Positions 26,040-38,723 of a DNA stretch of 64,000 nucleotides are shown in pieces. Location of the stretch: contig RHPI01001507.1 of assembly GCA_009103225.1 (NCBI GenBank), positions 574,765-638,764 on the forward strand, given 5' to 3'. Origin of the DNA: Chlorokybus atmophyticus. Lineage: Eukaryota > Plantae > Mesostigma and Chlorokybus algae. Each line of letters opens with the position of its first letter. Position 1 is the stretch's first letter. The translations under genes were made by a program, and so were the position numbers. Under the pieces are notes generated by a model. The model ran no database searches. It worked only from the letters and a program-made list of their open reading frames with translations, and was not told the DNA's origin.

Positions 26040-26406
26040 NNNNNNNNNNNNNNNNNNNNNNNNNNNNNNNNNNNNNNNNNNNNNNNNNNNNNNNNNNNNN
26101 NNNNNNNNNNNNNNNNNNNNNNNNNNNNNNNNNNNNNNNNNNNNNNNNNNNNNNNNNNNNNNNNNNNNNNNNNNNNNNNNNNNNNNNNNNNNNNNNNNNN
26201 NNNNNNNNNNNNNNNNNNNNNNNNNNNNNNNNNNNNNNNNNNNNNNNNNNNNNNNNNNNNNNNNNNNNNNNNNNNNNNNNNNNNNNNNNNNNNNNNNNNN
26301 NNNNNNNNNNNNNNNNNNNNNNNNNNNNNNNNNNNNNNNNNNNNNNNNNNNNNNNNNNNNNNNNNNNNNNNNNNNNNNNNNNNNNNNNNNNNNNNNNNNN
26401 NNNNNN

Positions 26407-26486
<80 letters not shown>

Positions 26487-26697
26487 TTGTTTGCTCACCA
26501 GATTCCTACTGACGCTGTCTGTGCTTGTGTGACAGATCGACTCCCTGACTCAGAGCCGTGGTGCCCCCACCGCCCTCTTCAACCCTGAGGTGTACTACCC
26601 CCACATCACCGTTGGCTTCACCCTCCAGAACCTCAACCCCGAGGATGGCGTCTTCAAGACCCCAAGCACCTGCTTCGCCAGACTCACCTTCGTGTAA
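25345..26697 (+). CDS. Secreted 2H-phosphoesterase superfamily protein (212 aa, 3 exons)
   Basis: Exons 25345-25416, 25487-25891 and 26536-26697, all GT-AG and phase 0. Signal peptide MASFKALAAIFALLAISSVAVEAQ. Two HxT motifs (GEAHITTL, YPHITVGF) ~95 aa apart. Strong C-ending codon bias. Confidence 0.85.
25998..26484. repeat. (CT)n microsatellite spanning an N gap in intron 2 of the 2H gene
   Basis: Pure CT runs lie on both sides of the Ns at 26040-26406. Confidence 0.95.
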
Positions 26698-29176
26698 ACT
26701 GCTGCTGCAAACCGGTGATTGGTGCACCAGTCTCGCTCGGATGTAGAAAAGGCCCTTTCTCCCCCCCTCTACTTGCGGCCTTTGCAGGCCAGTTTTGGAC
26801 CCTTCTCTCACGCCCATCCTTGGTCCCTTTCCCCTGACCTGTTGTGTATGTTGGTTGATATACCATCCCCACTCCCAGTAGTTGCCCCCCTCGTGGCAAC
26901 CATGGTTGTAAAGCTGTATCTGACCCTGCCAGTAAGTGTTTAAGGCAAACCCCTTTTGTGTCGTTATGTCACCTGCTACGCAGATGTATCAGTGTCACTT
27001 GCATGTGCTGCAATGGGTTTTCACCGATGGTGTGCGTTTCATAGTGTGCTGGATGTATGTAGTTACACATGCACAACAGCGCAGACAGTGTGGCGGATTC
27101 TCCATGTAGCTCATCTGTTTGTATCTGCTACTCGTACCATGTGCATGTACCTTGCCTTCACTTGATGTTGGTTGAAGGAGGTTGGCAGCATGGACATATG
27201 TAACTTTCAAAATTGGCACTCATTGTAGTTGCGTTAGTACAGTAGACTGAAGTAGTACTCACTGCATACAGATTAGTCAGTTGAAGCAGGTTAGCAACAG
27301 TGCTCTCGCTTGTAAACTTCAAAACTCCACTCACTGCACTGGCGTTCAGTATAGTGGACTGAAATAATACTCACTGCATGCGGTGCAGCCAGCGAATATT
27401 GCGTACACTGTATGTACATGTTAATGTATTGAGAAACTGTCAGATGTATTATGGTTTTTGTAATATGTGATTGTTTATGTCAAACACATCCACAAACCAT
27501 GAGCTAACCCAGCAACTCATTTACAACAGTCAAGGTCTTACTGTGATTGCTGTGTTTGTGGATGTTTGGAATGGTAGCTACACATGTGTCACACTTGTGA
27601 TTGACGTTCATGCATGCGTATAATGGTTAGCACCGTTAATTGCAAGTGAACTGTTGGTGCTCAGCAAGGCTTGTGAGTTCAGGGTGTATCGTGCAGGGTG
27701 CATATTTTCACTGTACATAAACTGTCTGCATGTTCCACATGTCCAGGGTTGCAATGCAGTGCCTTGTGCGGCAGCGGCTGGGGGTTGTTTCGCATGCCTG
27801 TGGTTACATCGGTTATACTACCATAGTGGAGTCCATCAGCAGTGTCTAGCTTGCGATACTTGCAGCTCAACGCTTGCATGTAAATGTAAGAATGATGTAA
27901 ATTACTTGCGCTACTTGCACTTTCTGTACATGCACGTGCGTGCATGCACATGTGTGCGCAGAGAGTGTGCAGGTGGGTATCTGCTTGCCCCTGCGATTGT
28001 GCGTGCATTGGTGAGGATGTAGCTGCCTACCCATGTTGTCAACCATTGTCATCATCTACCATTAGGACCGTCGCAGATCCAATGTCGTTTCTCCAACTCA
28101 CGGCAGTGGCCTCCCAAAAGCGACAGGGCATGTCGCCCCGTGAAGTGTCTGGTGGTCGAGGCTCTGCTCCGGCCTCGGCTGCCAGCCAGCAAGTAAAAAG
28201 GCAACTACCTACACCCTTTTGCATGCCGCTGGCATGCGTGTGAGTATGCTTGTGCAGTGATAGGCAGGGTTGACAGTGTGTAGCTTGGTGTGACGATGTT
28301 GCTGTTAGTGTATTGAGAGTCTTCTGCGGTCCTTACCAGAATTTCACTTGACGCTCAGCATTCTCTGTGACATACTTTCCTACGCTGCCAAACATGTGGT
28401 AATCACCATACATGATGAATGCCGTAGATGAGGACCCGTGTCTCCCTTCAAGACCGAACCATGGACACCTCTGCTCAGTCACATCGCTACTAGTGGCCCA
28501 CAGGTTCCACACAGCACCGCACCGCCGCAGTGTCCTCGGCGATTATCACTCCCCGATGTTCGCTGGGGTACTCTCTACGACTGGCGTTTCAGTTTGCCTT
28601 GTGGTGGGACTGCTGCTTATAGTAGGACATGTAGCTTACACTACGCTTGCTGCAGTTTCTGAATTATGTCTGTGATGCAATACGTGCATAGTGCACAATA
28701 GATGCAACGGGATTGTGCACATGTGTACGCAGCTCACCCTGCATCAGCTACGTGTTCAACAGAGCAGGGGAGAGGACTACACAAAACATGCACAAGCAAC
28801 AAACAATGGATTGGCCGGGGCTCAGACCACTGCAAGAATGGCAATACAACATGGTGTTTGGCAGCTAAGGTAGAAGGGGTCCAACAGGGACAGAAGGTGC
28901 TCCAGTCACAAACTGCACATGATACGTTTGGTACTGTACACTAAATGCCACGAGTACAGCAGCGCACGCCAGCACTCTGTGTACAGCATTCGGTCCAGCA
29001 CATTCGTGAAGAGGCAGGTAGGTTGCTACAACGGATTCACACTTCAAAAAGCGCAAGCGTACATGCAGACTCACATCGTTTCAATCACCAACGCAACAGC
29101 TGCCGCAAATGTGCGAAACAGGCAGCCCTATACACAGTACCGGATCCTATGGTGCAAGTCCTGGCGTTTCTATACT

Positions 29177-32100
29177 TCACTGGTCTTTGTTCAGCAGCTG
29201 GCGCAGGACGTAGCGCAGGATGCCGCCGTGCTTGAAGTAGGTGAGCTCAACTTGGGTGTCAAAGCGGAGCGTGCACGGGAAGGACTTGCCGTCATTGGTT
29301 GTCACAGTGACGTCCATACCGGGGATGATCTCCTCGGGCAGGTCGATGCTGTACAGCTCCTTACCGGTAAGGCCAAGCTTTTCCGCGTCCTGTCCAAGCT
29401 TAAAGCAGAGGGGGATGATGCCCATGCCGACGAGGTTGCTGCGGTGGATGCGCTCGAAGCTCGTGGCGATAACAGCCTTCACGCCCTGCAGGAACGGGCC
29501 CTTTGCAGCCCAGTCTCGGGAGCTGCCAGAGCCATACTCAGCGCCGGCAATGATGACCTGGTCGTGGCCCTCGTTCTTGTACTGCATTGCAGCGTCAAAC
29601 ACGGACATGGTCTCTCCACTCTTGTGATGAACAGTGTTGGGGCCGACCTTCCCGCCCATGAACTTGTTCACCAGCCGAATGTTGGCAAACGTGCCGCGCG
29701 CCATAATTTCATCATTGCCACGCCGGCTGCCATAAGAGTTGAAATCCTGCCACAAAGAGGTCACAGCATAAGTGACAGGCACACAAGCACATGTGCTGTA
29801 CGCCTTTGCCTACGTTGCAACTGCCCACCTTGGGCTCTACGCCATGCTCAATGAGGTACTTGGCAGCGGGGCTATTTTTGGCAATGCTGCCGGCGGGTGA
29901 GATGTGGTCGGTTGTAATGCTGTCGCCGAGGAACAGCAGGCAGTAGGCGTCCTTCACACCACGGATGGGCTCCGGCTCGCGCTTCATGTCCTTGAAGAAA
30001 GGTGGGTCGTGGACATATGTCGAGTTCTCGTCCCACTCATAAAGCGCTCCTTCGGGTGCCTCCAGAGAATTCCAAAGCTCGTTTCCCTTGGTGATACTTT
30101 TATACACGTCCCGGAACATGTCGGGTAGGACATTCTTCGCCACAACCTGCCAGAAACAGTGTCAGGTTGACATCATGTAAGTAACACAGACAGGTCAATC
30201 ATATGCTCACCTCTGCAACTTCTTCACTGCTGGGCCAGATATCACGCAAGAACACAGACTCCCCATCTTTGCCCTTGCCGATGGGCTCCTTGTCGAAGTC
30301 GATGTTCACCTGTGCATGCACGAATCTTACCAACAGCTCATGCAGACAAGTACACCAACTGCCACATCATAAGCAACATGACCATGCAGAAGTGCATGGC
30401 AGTCGTACCGTTCCTGCCAACGCGTAAGCAACAACCAGCGGTGGGGATGCCAGGTAGTTTGCGCGTGTCAGGGGATGCACTCGTCCCTCAAAATTCCTGT
30501 TGCCCGACAGCACAGCCGCTGCCACCATATCTGCGTATACAAGTCACAACACTTGATGAACAGTAACAAGCATACATACTATAAGAAGAAATACATCGCT
30601 CGGCTGAAGCAAGACTCACCGTTCTTGGAGATGACCTCGCCAACTGAAGGATGAATCTCGCCACTGTTGCCAATGCAGGTTGTGCAGCCATAACCAACAA
30701 GAGAGAATCCCTGCTTGTCAAGGTAACTGTTCAAGCCACTGCATGCGCACAGGTACGGAGTCAGTCACGGCCAATACAAGTTTTCAGTCGTTGACAGCTA
30801 CCTGTTGGAAAGATACTGGGTGACAACTCCTGAGCCGGGAGCCAAACTGGTCTTCACATGTGGCTTGACCTGCAACACGGGCCAGTCATCAAATATTAAC
30901 TGCAAACACTGTGAGGTACTGTGCGTTACAACAAAGCGGGCACATGTACCTTGAGACCCTTGTCAGAAGCCTTCTTTGCCACAAGCCCAGCAGCGAGCAT
31001 GACACTGGGGTTAGATGTGTTGGTGCACGAGGTGATGGCTGCAATGACCACATCGCCATGTCGGAAGTCTGTTTTCTGTCCATCAAACGAAAACTCTGCC
31101 ACCTTGCCTTGGTCAGGCTTGGGAATCTGAAAGCCCTGTGGGAAGCCAAAAACATGGTTGTTGAAGATCCCTTGGCCCGTTCTCCTAGAAAAGAAATATG
31201 CAAACCGAAAGCCTAATGCAGAACGACCCACACCCAAACCGATACCTTGAAACCAACTTTGTTGTCCAAACAGGCCTGCCAATCCTGCTTCATCTCCCTG
31301 ATTGTGACACGGTCATGCGGTCTGCGCGGGGAGACATATTAATGAACATCAGCCATACATATCTTGTAAGATGGACACAGCCAATTTAGTCATGGCGCCT
31401 GAGGCCAATTTTGCAAGATAAACTACAGATGGGACTCAGTATGCACCGACAAACGCTGAAGTCCCCACCCTTGAACCCTGACCTTACCTCTTTGGGCCAG
31501 ACACACATGGTTCAACCGCCTGCAAGTCCAAGTAAAGCTCTGACGAGTATGACTTCTGCTCTTGAGGCTGCACAGACATATGTGAGCACAAAACCTCCAA
31601 CATGTGCTTGTGTACTATGCCAATGTGTTGCATGTAGCAACTCAGTACCTCGTCATGGTCAATAAACAGCTTGTTGGCACGAAGGTAAGCCTCAATCATC
31701 TTGACCTTGTCTTCCTCACGACCAGTTTCTCGAAGATACTGAGAAAGGTTGATCGTTATCATACAGCGTCGCATACAAGTAAAGCACATAATCGGTGTAA
31801 GAAATGTAGCTTACATCCAAAGTGGCCTTGTCCACAGGGAAGAAACCCATAGTAGCTCCATACTCAGGTGACATGTTTGCAATGGTTGCACGGTCAGCGA
31901 CAGACAGATGTTCCAGGCCAGGACCTGAGCATACCAACAGTTAACCACAGAAGCACACTCATATCACAATCACTGCATTCGCAGCAAAAGACAGCGTACA
32001 ACAAAATACTGTTGCAAACCACAGCGCTACAATAAGTAGGCAAAGCGCTGCAAAGCATCAATGGCACTATAGGTTCTTGTTTGCTGTTAATTACGAATAT

Positions 32101-34607
32101 GCATTGTTCGCTGTCAACACATCAAGCTGTGGCACACACAACACTGACTTGGAAGTCGCAATGCCAGCAGAGACTTGTAGCAAGGACAAGCAACAAACCT
32201 AATGCAGCTTGCCTGCCTGCCCGAGCCACAGCAGTATGCAACGTACCGTAAAACTCGACAAACTTGCCGACAACGCCATGCTTGCGCAGCATCTGTGTGA
32301 CGGTGAGCACAAGATCTGTCGCAGTGACACCTGTCTGCAGCTGACCCTCCAGCTTGAACCCAACGACTCCCGGGAGCACCATGCTCATAGGCTGCAGTGC
32401 ACCACACCACATCAGAAACAATCCAGAAGCTAATAAGGTGAAATAATTCAGACCAATGAGATTCCTTGACGTCACACACCTGTCCAAGCATGGTAGCTTC
32501 TGCCTCAATGCCTCCAACACCCCAACCAGCGACACCCAACCCGTCAATCATGGTGGTATGAGAATCCGTACCGACCAAGCTGTCAGGGTAAAGGATGCCG
32601 TCTGTGTTGAACACGACGCGAGCCAAGTACTCCAGATTAACCTATCACCCGATAGACGGAAACGACTACTGTCAGCTATGGTGAAACACTTGTCTGCCTG
32701 TTAAGCAGCAGTCTGCAACATGCGTACCTGATGGACAATGCCGGAGCCGGGAGGAACGACCAACATGTTGCTGAATGCCTTGGCGCCCCACTTGAGAAAA
32801 CCAAACCGCTCCTTGTTGCGGTTGAATTCCAGCTCCATGTTCTTTTCCAGAGCATCCGGTGTCCGGGCCACATCAACTTGCACAGAATGGTCAATGACAA
32901 GGTCCACAGGAATCTGCAAAACTATACTTCAGGCCACTTGCAACTTTGAAGTTCACAGAGTACTTGCAAAGCGCACCAATCATGCGACCAATTTGCGTTA
33001 TTGCTTGCAGTAATGCAGTACTTGTTGCATGCAGGTATGCAATTCCACTGAGTAGTGGAGGTCTTACTGCAACTGTGCTTAGTATACATACAGTTGCAGG
33101 AATGCAACTGGACGTACACTTCACCAAACTTAGTGAAGCATTCCTGCAATACAATACAGTTGCAACACTATGCTCCACTGAGTGGTTATCACTCAGTAGG
33201 ATTGCTTCATTAAGTCACGTACTCCACCAGGATAACAACAGATTAAATTTAAATAGCACTCAGTGGAGTGCTTGGTGCAGTTGCAGGACTGCAACCCCAC
33301 TATGTATACATGTATACAGAGTGGGGTTGCATGCCTGCAACTGCACCAAGCGCTGTACTGCTGAGAGACCTCTCAAGCACAAACATCTGAATGCTGACCT
33401 GTGGGTTAATGGCGTTCGGGTTGCCCCCAAGGCGCTTCATCGCGTCGCGCATGGCTGCCAGATCCACAACAGCTGGGACGCCAGTGAAATCCTGCAAAAT
33501 AACTCGGGCAGGCTTGAATGGAATTTCCACTTGCTGCGGACATGTCTTCTCCCAATCTAAGATGTTCTGAACATCCTTCTCCGTCACTTGGAAGTTGTCG
33601 CAATTGCGAACAGCCGACTCCAGAAGCACGCGAATGGAGTATGGCAGCTTGTCTGCACAACGCATACAACCGTTTGGGACAACTACCAACTGACAATTTC
33701 GGACTCGAATTCTGTAAGTGCTGCTTGAACAGGCTCTGCCAGTGCAATCTTACTTTGCAATTGACATGAACAGGACGCCAATCCAGCAGGATCATGCACA
33801 CCTCATGCAACAACATGGCAGCGGCATGAGCTCTTGACAATGCCGCCCAAGTCCACAGTTTTCAACGGACAAAGCCAGATGGCTTACCCAAGCGAGGGTC
33901 GTTGAGGGCTGCCAGGCTGTAGTACTTGCCGTACAGGCCGCCATCTGGCTTGGGAAGCTCCTTCAGTGTGCTGCTGTAAGGGTTCGAAGCTGCCAAAACG
34001 ACATCGTCAGCAATGCGAATGCTACATGCGCACATTGCTTCACGAAACCAACGACTCGCAAGCTACCTCAGGCCTTTTCTAAAACAAGACAGTTTCCAGT
34101 GGCAACAACACAGCACTTCACATATACTATTCAAGCAGTGCAAGCTACAATGCACAGCGCTTGCATGCTCGCAACCCTATACGCATGGCTAGACGTGACG
34201 TGCAGCTGAGTAAGTAGCCAATTCTTGCCCTGTGAAGCTATCAGCTCACCCATGGCGCTGGCGAAGAAGCGAACGCCTGTAGGGCGGCGAGCGAGCGGGG
34301 GAGGCGATGCTGCGGAAGAGGGAGAGGCAGATGAGGAAGAAGAGCTCCCAGCTGTCGAGACGGTACTAGACACCACCGCCGCCCCCAAGCGCCCACGGCT
34401 AACTCCGCCACTACCAACACCGGCAGCGAGCGTGTGCAACGAAGAGCTGCTGCTGCTTCCAGACCACCAAGCGACAGCTGCAGACTGCGCAGCGCCGAGG
34501 CGGCGGTGGTGGTAAGCGACCTCGCTGACAACCCCGCCCCGAACGCCGACAGTGCCGCCCAGCACACGAAGCTGTCTAACGGCGGCGGCGGCGGCCGTCG
34601 TCGTCAT
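29177..34607 (-). CDS. ACO: Aconitate hydratase, plant AcnA/IRP type, with N-terminal transit peptide (17 exons, ~1014 aa)
   Basis: Exons: 34607-34250, 33989-33888, 33652-33399, 32913-32728, 32641-32480, 32391-32247, 31924-31815, 31738-31649, 31567-31488, 31321-31246, 31135-30950, 30869-30802, 30738-30620, 30530-30409, 30309-30211, 30146-29829, 29746-29177 (3045 nt, in frame). Motifs [73 protein letters not shown]. Confidence 0.97.
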
Positions 34608-37600
34608 CACTGCGGCGGCGTCAGCCAGCTATAGGTCTAGTCGTCGTTATCGTCAACCCACCGCACTGGATGAGAACGCCACGCCTGCCGCGACCGCCCA
34701 CACGACGACGGCGTTCTCATCCGCCGGCCAGCCAAGCCGGCTGATGTGGCACAAAAGAGCTGCCGGCTGGTTGTTGGTAACAACCAGCCGGCACGCTTTC
34801 CAGCACACTTTTTTGCACTTGTTTTGACCACTTTCGGCTGCAGCTTTGCCAGTCGGAGCAAGCTGGAGATGGGCACGAATACTTTTCTTGTTAACTCCGT
34901 GACAAGTTCAACTTTCTGGCACCTTTTGTGTGTTGGGAAAGTTTTGACGGCTTTATCAGCAAGATGAAGATAGGCACGTACACAGGATCGCACTTGGGCT
35001 TTCCCTGTGTTGTTTGTGTTCAGAATTTGCCTTTTGTGACAACAGCTTTATGTGTTCGCGGGTTCTGCGGCGTACATTCCTGCTGGTAATGCTTGTCCCG
35101 ACGTGATTTTGGCTTTTTGCAACCGTGTAGCCGGTGCAAGTTTGGGCCTCAAACTGAAATCTAGCATCATCTGTCGGAACTCCAACATTTTTCGGGAGCA
35201 GAAGAAGTTCTGCTGCAGAACTTCTGATCCAGCACTACAAAAGTTTCCCGTTGGCCTACTAAATTAAATGAAAGGGGCATGCCGAGACTTGCAGAGCTTT
35301 ATCAACGCCAATCAGGTTACGCGCCTTTCGAGCCTGTGCAGGGACACAGGCTGTGTGTCACACATCAGTAGCTAAGACTTAGCTGCTAAGTGTACAATCT
35401 ACCCCCATAATAAGAGTCGTTTATCCTTCACCTTTTCATTCCACTAACGGGGTTATTCTGTTGATGTTTGAAAAAATATATATATTCTTATATCGTTTAA
35501 ATACATTTATCAAGGTATTGGCTGATAACCTCAAGCCACAAAATTATATGCTGACGTGGCCCTAAAATCTTTATTTTATCATAACATGTGGTGTACTTGA
35601 TGCATAATTAATATGTCGCAACATGTCTATTCATTTATAATAAAGGGATTATGCTCATACAAACCATTCCCCCACAATTGGGGCTAATTTTTAAAAAACA
35701 ACAACAACAACAACAACAACATCAAGCCTTCGCTTTGATCTTATTAAATTCGAAAGTTAACTCTTGACCAACGATATTTTGCCTCTAAAACCATCGATCT
35801 TGAAATATCATATGATCTTAGCGTAATTATCCTCAAAATTAAGTTTTTCAAGGGGGATAGAAGGCTGTAAATGAACAGATAAATGCATGTCTTCAACTGT
35901 CTCGTGTATAATGCAACACATCATTTAATGTGCATTTACATGTAGTAGATGCACATAAGACTGAACATGCAATGTACCTTGAACACACCATGTGAATCAC
36001 TTATAATGTGCATTGCAACATTAGATATGTGTTATGTGCTTCAAGGGTACTGCCAAAGGTAGGTCGTCTTTTCAACTACGCATTTGAGTAAGCTGATATC
36101 AAGAGCAAGCGTAACCACCGCTGCCATCGGTTTATACCTTAGTAGTTGAGGTGTACTGTAGAAGATGGTTGATACAAACGCGTGCACGTGTTATTACAAA
36201 ACGATACTGAATAGTTGTGCAAGTCATGTATTGTTATGTTTTGTTGGAAACTATTAATTGCATCTTACATTGCAAATCGCACCATCAACATAAATGCGAG
36301 ACCATTACACACATGGAAACTATCATGTCGAATCAAGGACATGCTTGGTTGCATGTGCAATCAACGGGCATTGTTGCCGCTACATTCACTAAAAACCTTT
36401 ATGTACGTGATGGTGTATAAACCCTCTGCGTAAGCTTATGAAACGATATGATTTGACTTCGTTACTGTTATAATAAGTCACTCACGTTTTGCACACATGG
36501 TGCAACCAGGGAGTTGATGGGAAGAGATGCCCGAGGCGTGTTAAACTCTATAGCATCCACGTAAAAAGCCGTTCGACATCATGCGCTACAGCCGTCAAGA
36601 CCCAAAAGCTTATCAACATCACGCAAGTTGTTACCACTGTCGGGCATTTATTGCTTGAACATGTAATCTTAGCTGTCCAAATTATAACATGCACGTGTGC
36701 CTGTAGACTTTGCTCTATAGTGGTTGCGTATCGCGTATGGTAGTGGCCAAGGCGCAAGTCATTAAGCAGTGCCACACTCAGTCACCTACCAAGCTAACGC
36801 ATTTTCATCTCCGTGGCTTGAGGACCACAAGCAGAGATTGCCACCGGGTAGGCTACCCACATCCATATTTCATCATGCCCACACGCCCATGAGGCACATC
36901 ACTGTTTACTAATCTGTATGGTCCAGCTGGGTATATCGGGCATATGCAGGCAGACCCCAACATGGTATGTAACAATGCCGATCATCTATGATACTGCCGT
37001 TGAGGTGGATGACACCATTTTTGACAATCGCGCAATGCCAAATGAGGCATTGCTAAATAAGACTAAGCATGGCAATTTAAACTTGAAGTGAAATTGATCA
37101 TGTCATATATGTTATACACATTGGGTTGTAATATTATGTGAAAAACAGAAATTTGGATATTGAAGCACGCAGCATATTATGCAGGAAAACCACTATTGCT
37201 TGCGTGTTATGTTAACAAAACATGCACAACCCATAAGCTATCAACATGGACTCATGATAACACCGTGCTTTATTTCAGATGCATATTGTATAAGAAATGT
37301 ATATCTCACAATTTAATGTGGCACCCTACAAATGATTATAGGCCATGCTTACAAATGCATATGCGGTCGTTATTTCATTGTTTGAATGCGTGTACAGTAT
37401 TCACAAGGCGCATCTCAAATATTATTAAAGTGCCATCAACTTATAAAAGCCTTGTGTGCTTTGTGCCAAGCAAACCTTTGGTTTAATTCATTCAAGCACA
37501 AGCTAACATGTGCAAAACACATGTATTCTAGCACTGCATGAATTACTCTTATTTCTTGCATCCTGTAACATCCTGAGTTTCAAATGCATGCCACATGAAC

Positions 37601-37758
37601 GTCTACATACATTGGAATAGACTGCCACATGTCATGTGCACATCATATGTCATTGAATTATCTTATATTAGCATGCGATACAAATGATGTTGCTGTAAAG
37701 ATGAATTAGCAACAAAAAGTTTGTATATGCACGCGCATGAGAACAAGCCCCTCGCCTA

Positions 37759-37873
37759 CCGTATTTTGTTGAATACAACCCCTTTACAAACAAAGCCCCC
37801 CCCTCCCCCAATCAATGGGGGGTGTTGTATTTGCAATTACATGGGGGGGCGGGATGTATTTAATAAAGTACGG
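37759..37873. mobile_element. 115-bp MITE, Tc1/mariner-pogo type ends
   Basis: TA|CCGTATTTTGTTGAATACA ... TGTATTTAATAAAGTACGG|TA: ~19-bp TIRs with 3 mismatches and a TA target duplication. Confidence 0.65.
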
Positions 37874-38723
37874 TAGCCGCGTTGAGCTTGGGTACTTGGA
37901 GTGCAGTATGCGGTTTTTTCTGTTGTCGTGTATGTCATTGCGTACCTGTCTTCAAGTCTATATGGTGTGTCTGCTTGTTCCAAGCCCCTCCATTGTACCC
38001 TATACATGCGAACGTTGCACCAACAACAACATGCATCGCAACAAGCACATATAAAAGACAAGCACTAGGGGCCTTGTAGCTTTGAGATGAGTGTACGAGG
38101 ACTCTGACTCAGTTGACAACATGCGAGGGCAGTAAAAAGGGTGGCGATGTCATCTGTCAGTGCCAGTCAAGTAGATGTTGAGAGTGACCACGACGTTGTC
38201 GTCGTTGTCAACATGCATGACCGTTACGAATGCCTCGGCTTTTTTATTGCATGTAAAGAATTACATGCGAGCATACATTGTGTGCTTGCGTACAATCTGT
38301 GATTATTTTCACAAAGGGCAGGCTAGGACCTGCGATTAAGTGCTGATGCAAGCAAGATTATCGCATGGACATGCACACACAAGCTTGTTCAGTACAACTT
38401 TCTCAACCGCATCGTTCCCAAGCAAGGCACACGAGAACAGGACGCATAACAATAAATGCCATCAACAACACCAATGGCGCTAGCTTAAAATCCGCAATGC
38501 ATGGCTCCCTTATCATCGTTGTTCTCCCAAACTAACCTACAGATAGTAACAACCTGTCCCTTGGGGCAAAAATCCAATTGGGGCCAAAACCCCCGAGCTC
38601 AATATGTTGACATACACTCTTCCTGTCGCTATCTCCCGCTCTCAATGCCGCCAAAACTGCATCAATGTGTTTGCACCACCTACCCACACAAGCAACACAC
38701 TATTATTCAACACCACCCTCTCC

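Noticed and set aside
28919-29854. 311-aa plus-strand ORF, plus similar antisense ORFs over NRT2, SULT and the 2H gene
   Set aside because: They are antisense shadows of codon-biased real exons and carry no independent motifs.
35393-35869. AT-rich segment with loosely inverted TACA..TCTA.CCCC ends (possible MITE)
   Set aside because: The terminal match is too short and gapped to support without copy-number data.
36480-37080. Broken frames with CYHC and VEVDDTIF, hinting at a BED finger or Merlin-like transposase
   Set aside because: The motifs are isolated, in different frames and lack surrounding consensus, so no family can be assigned.
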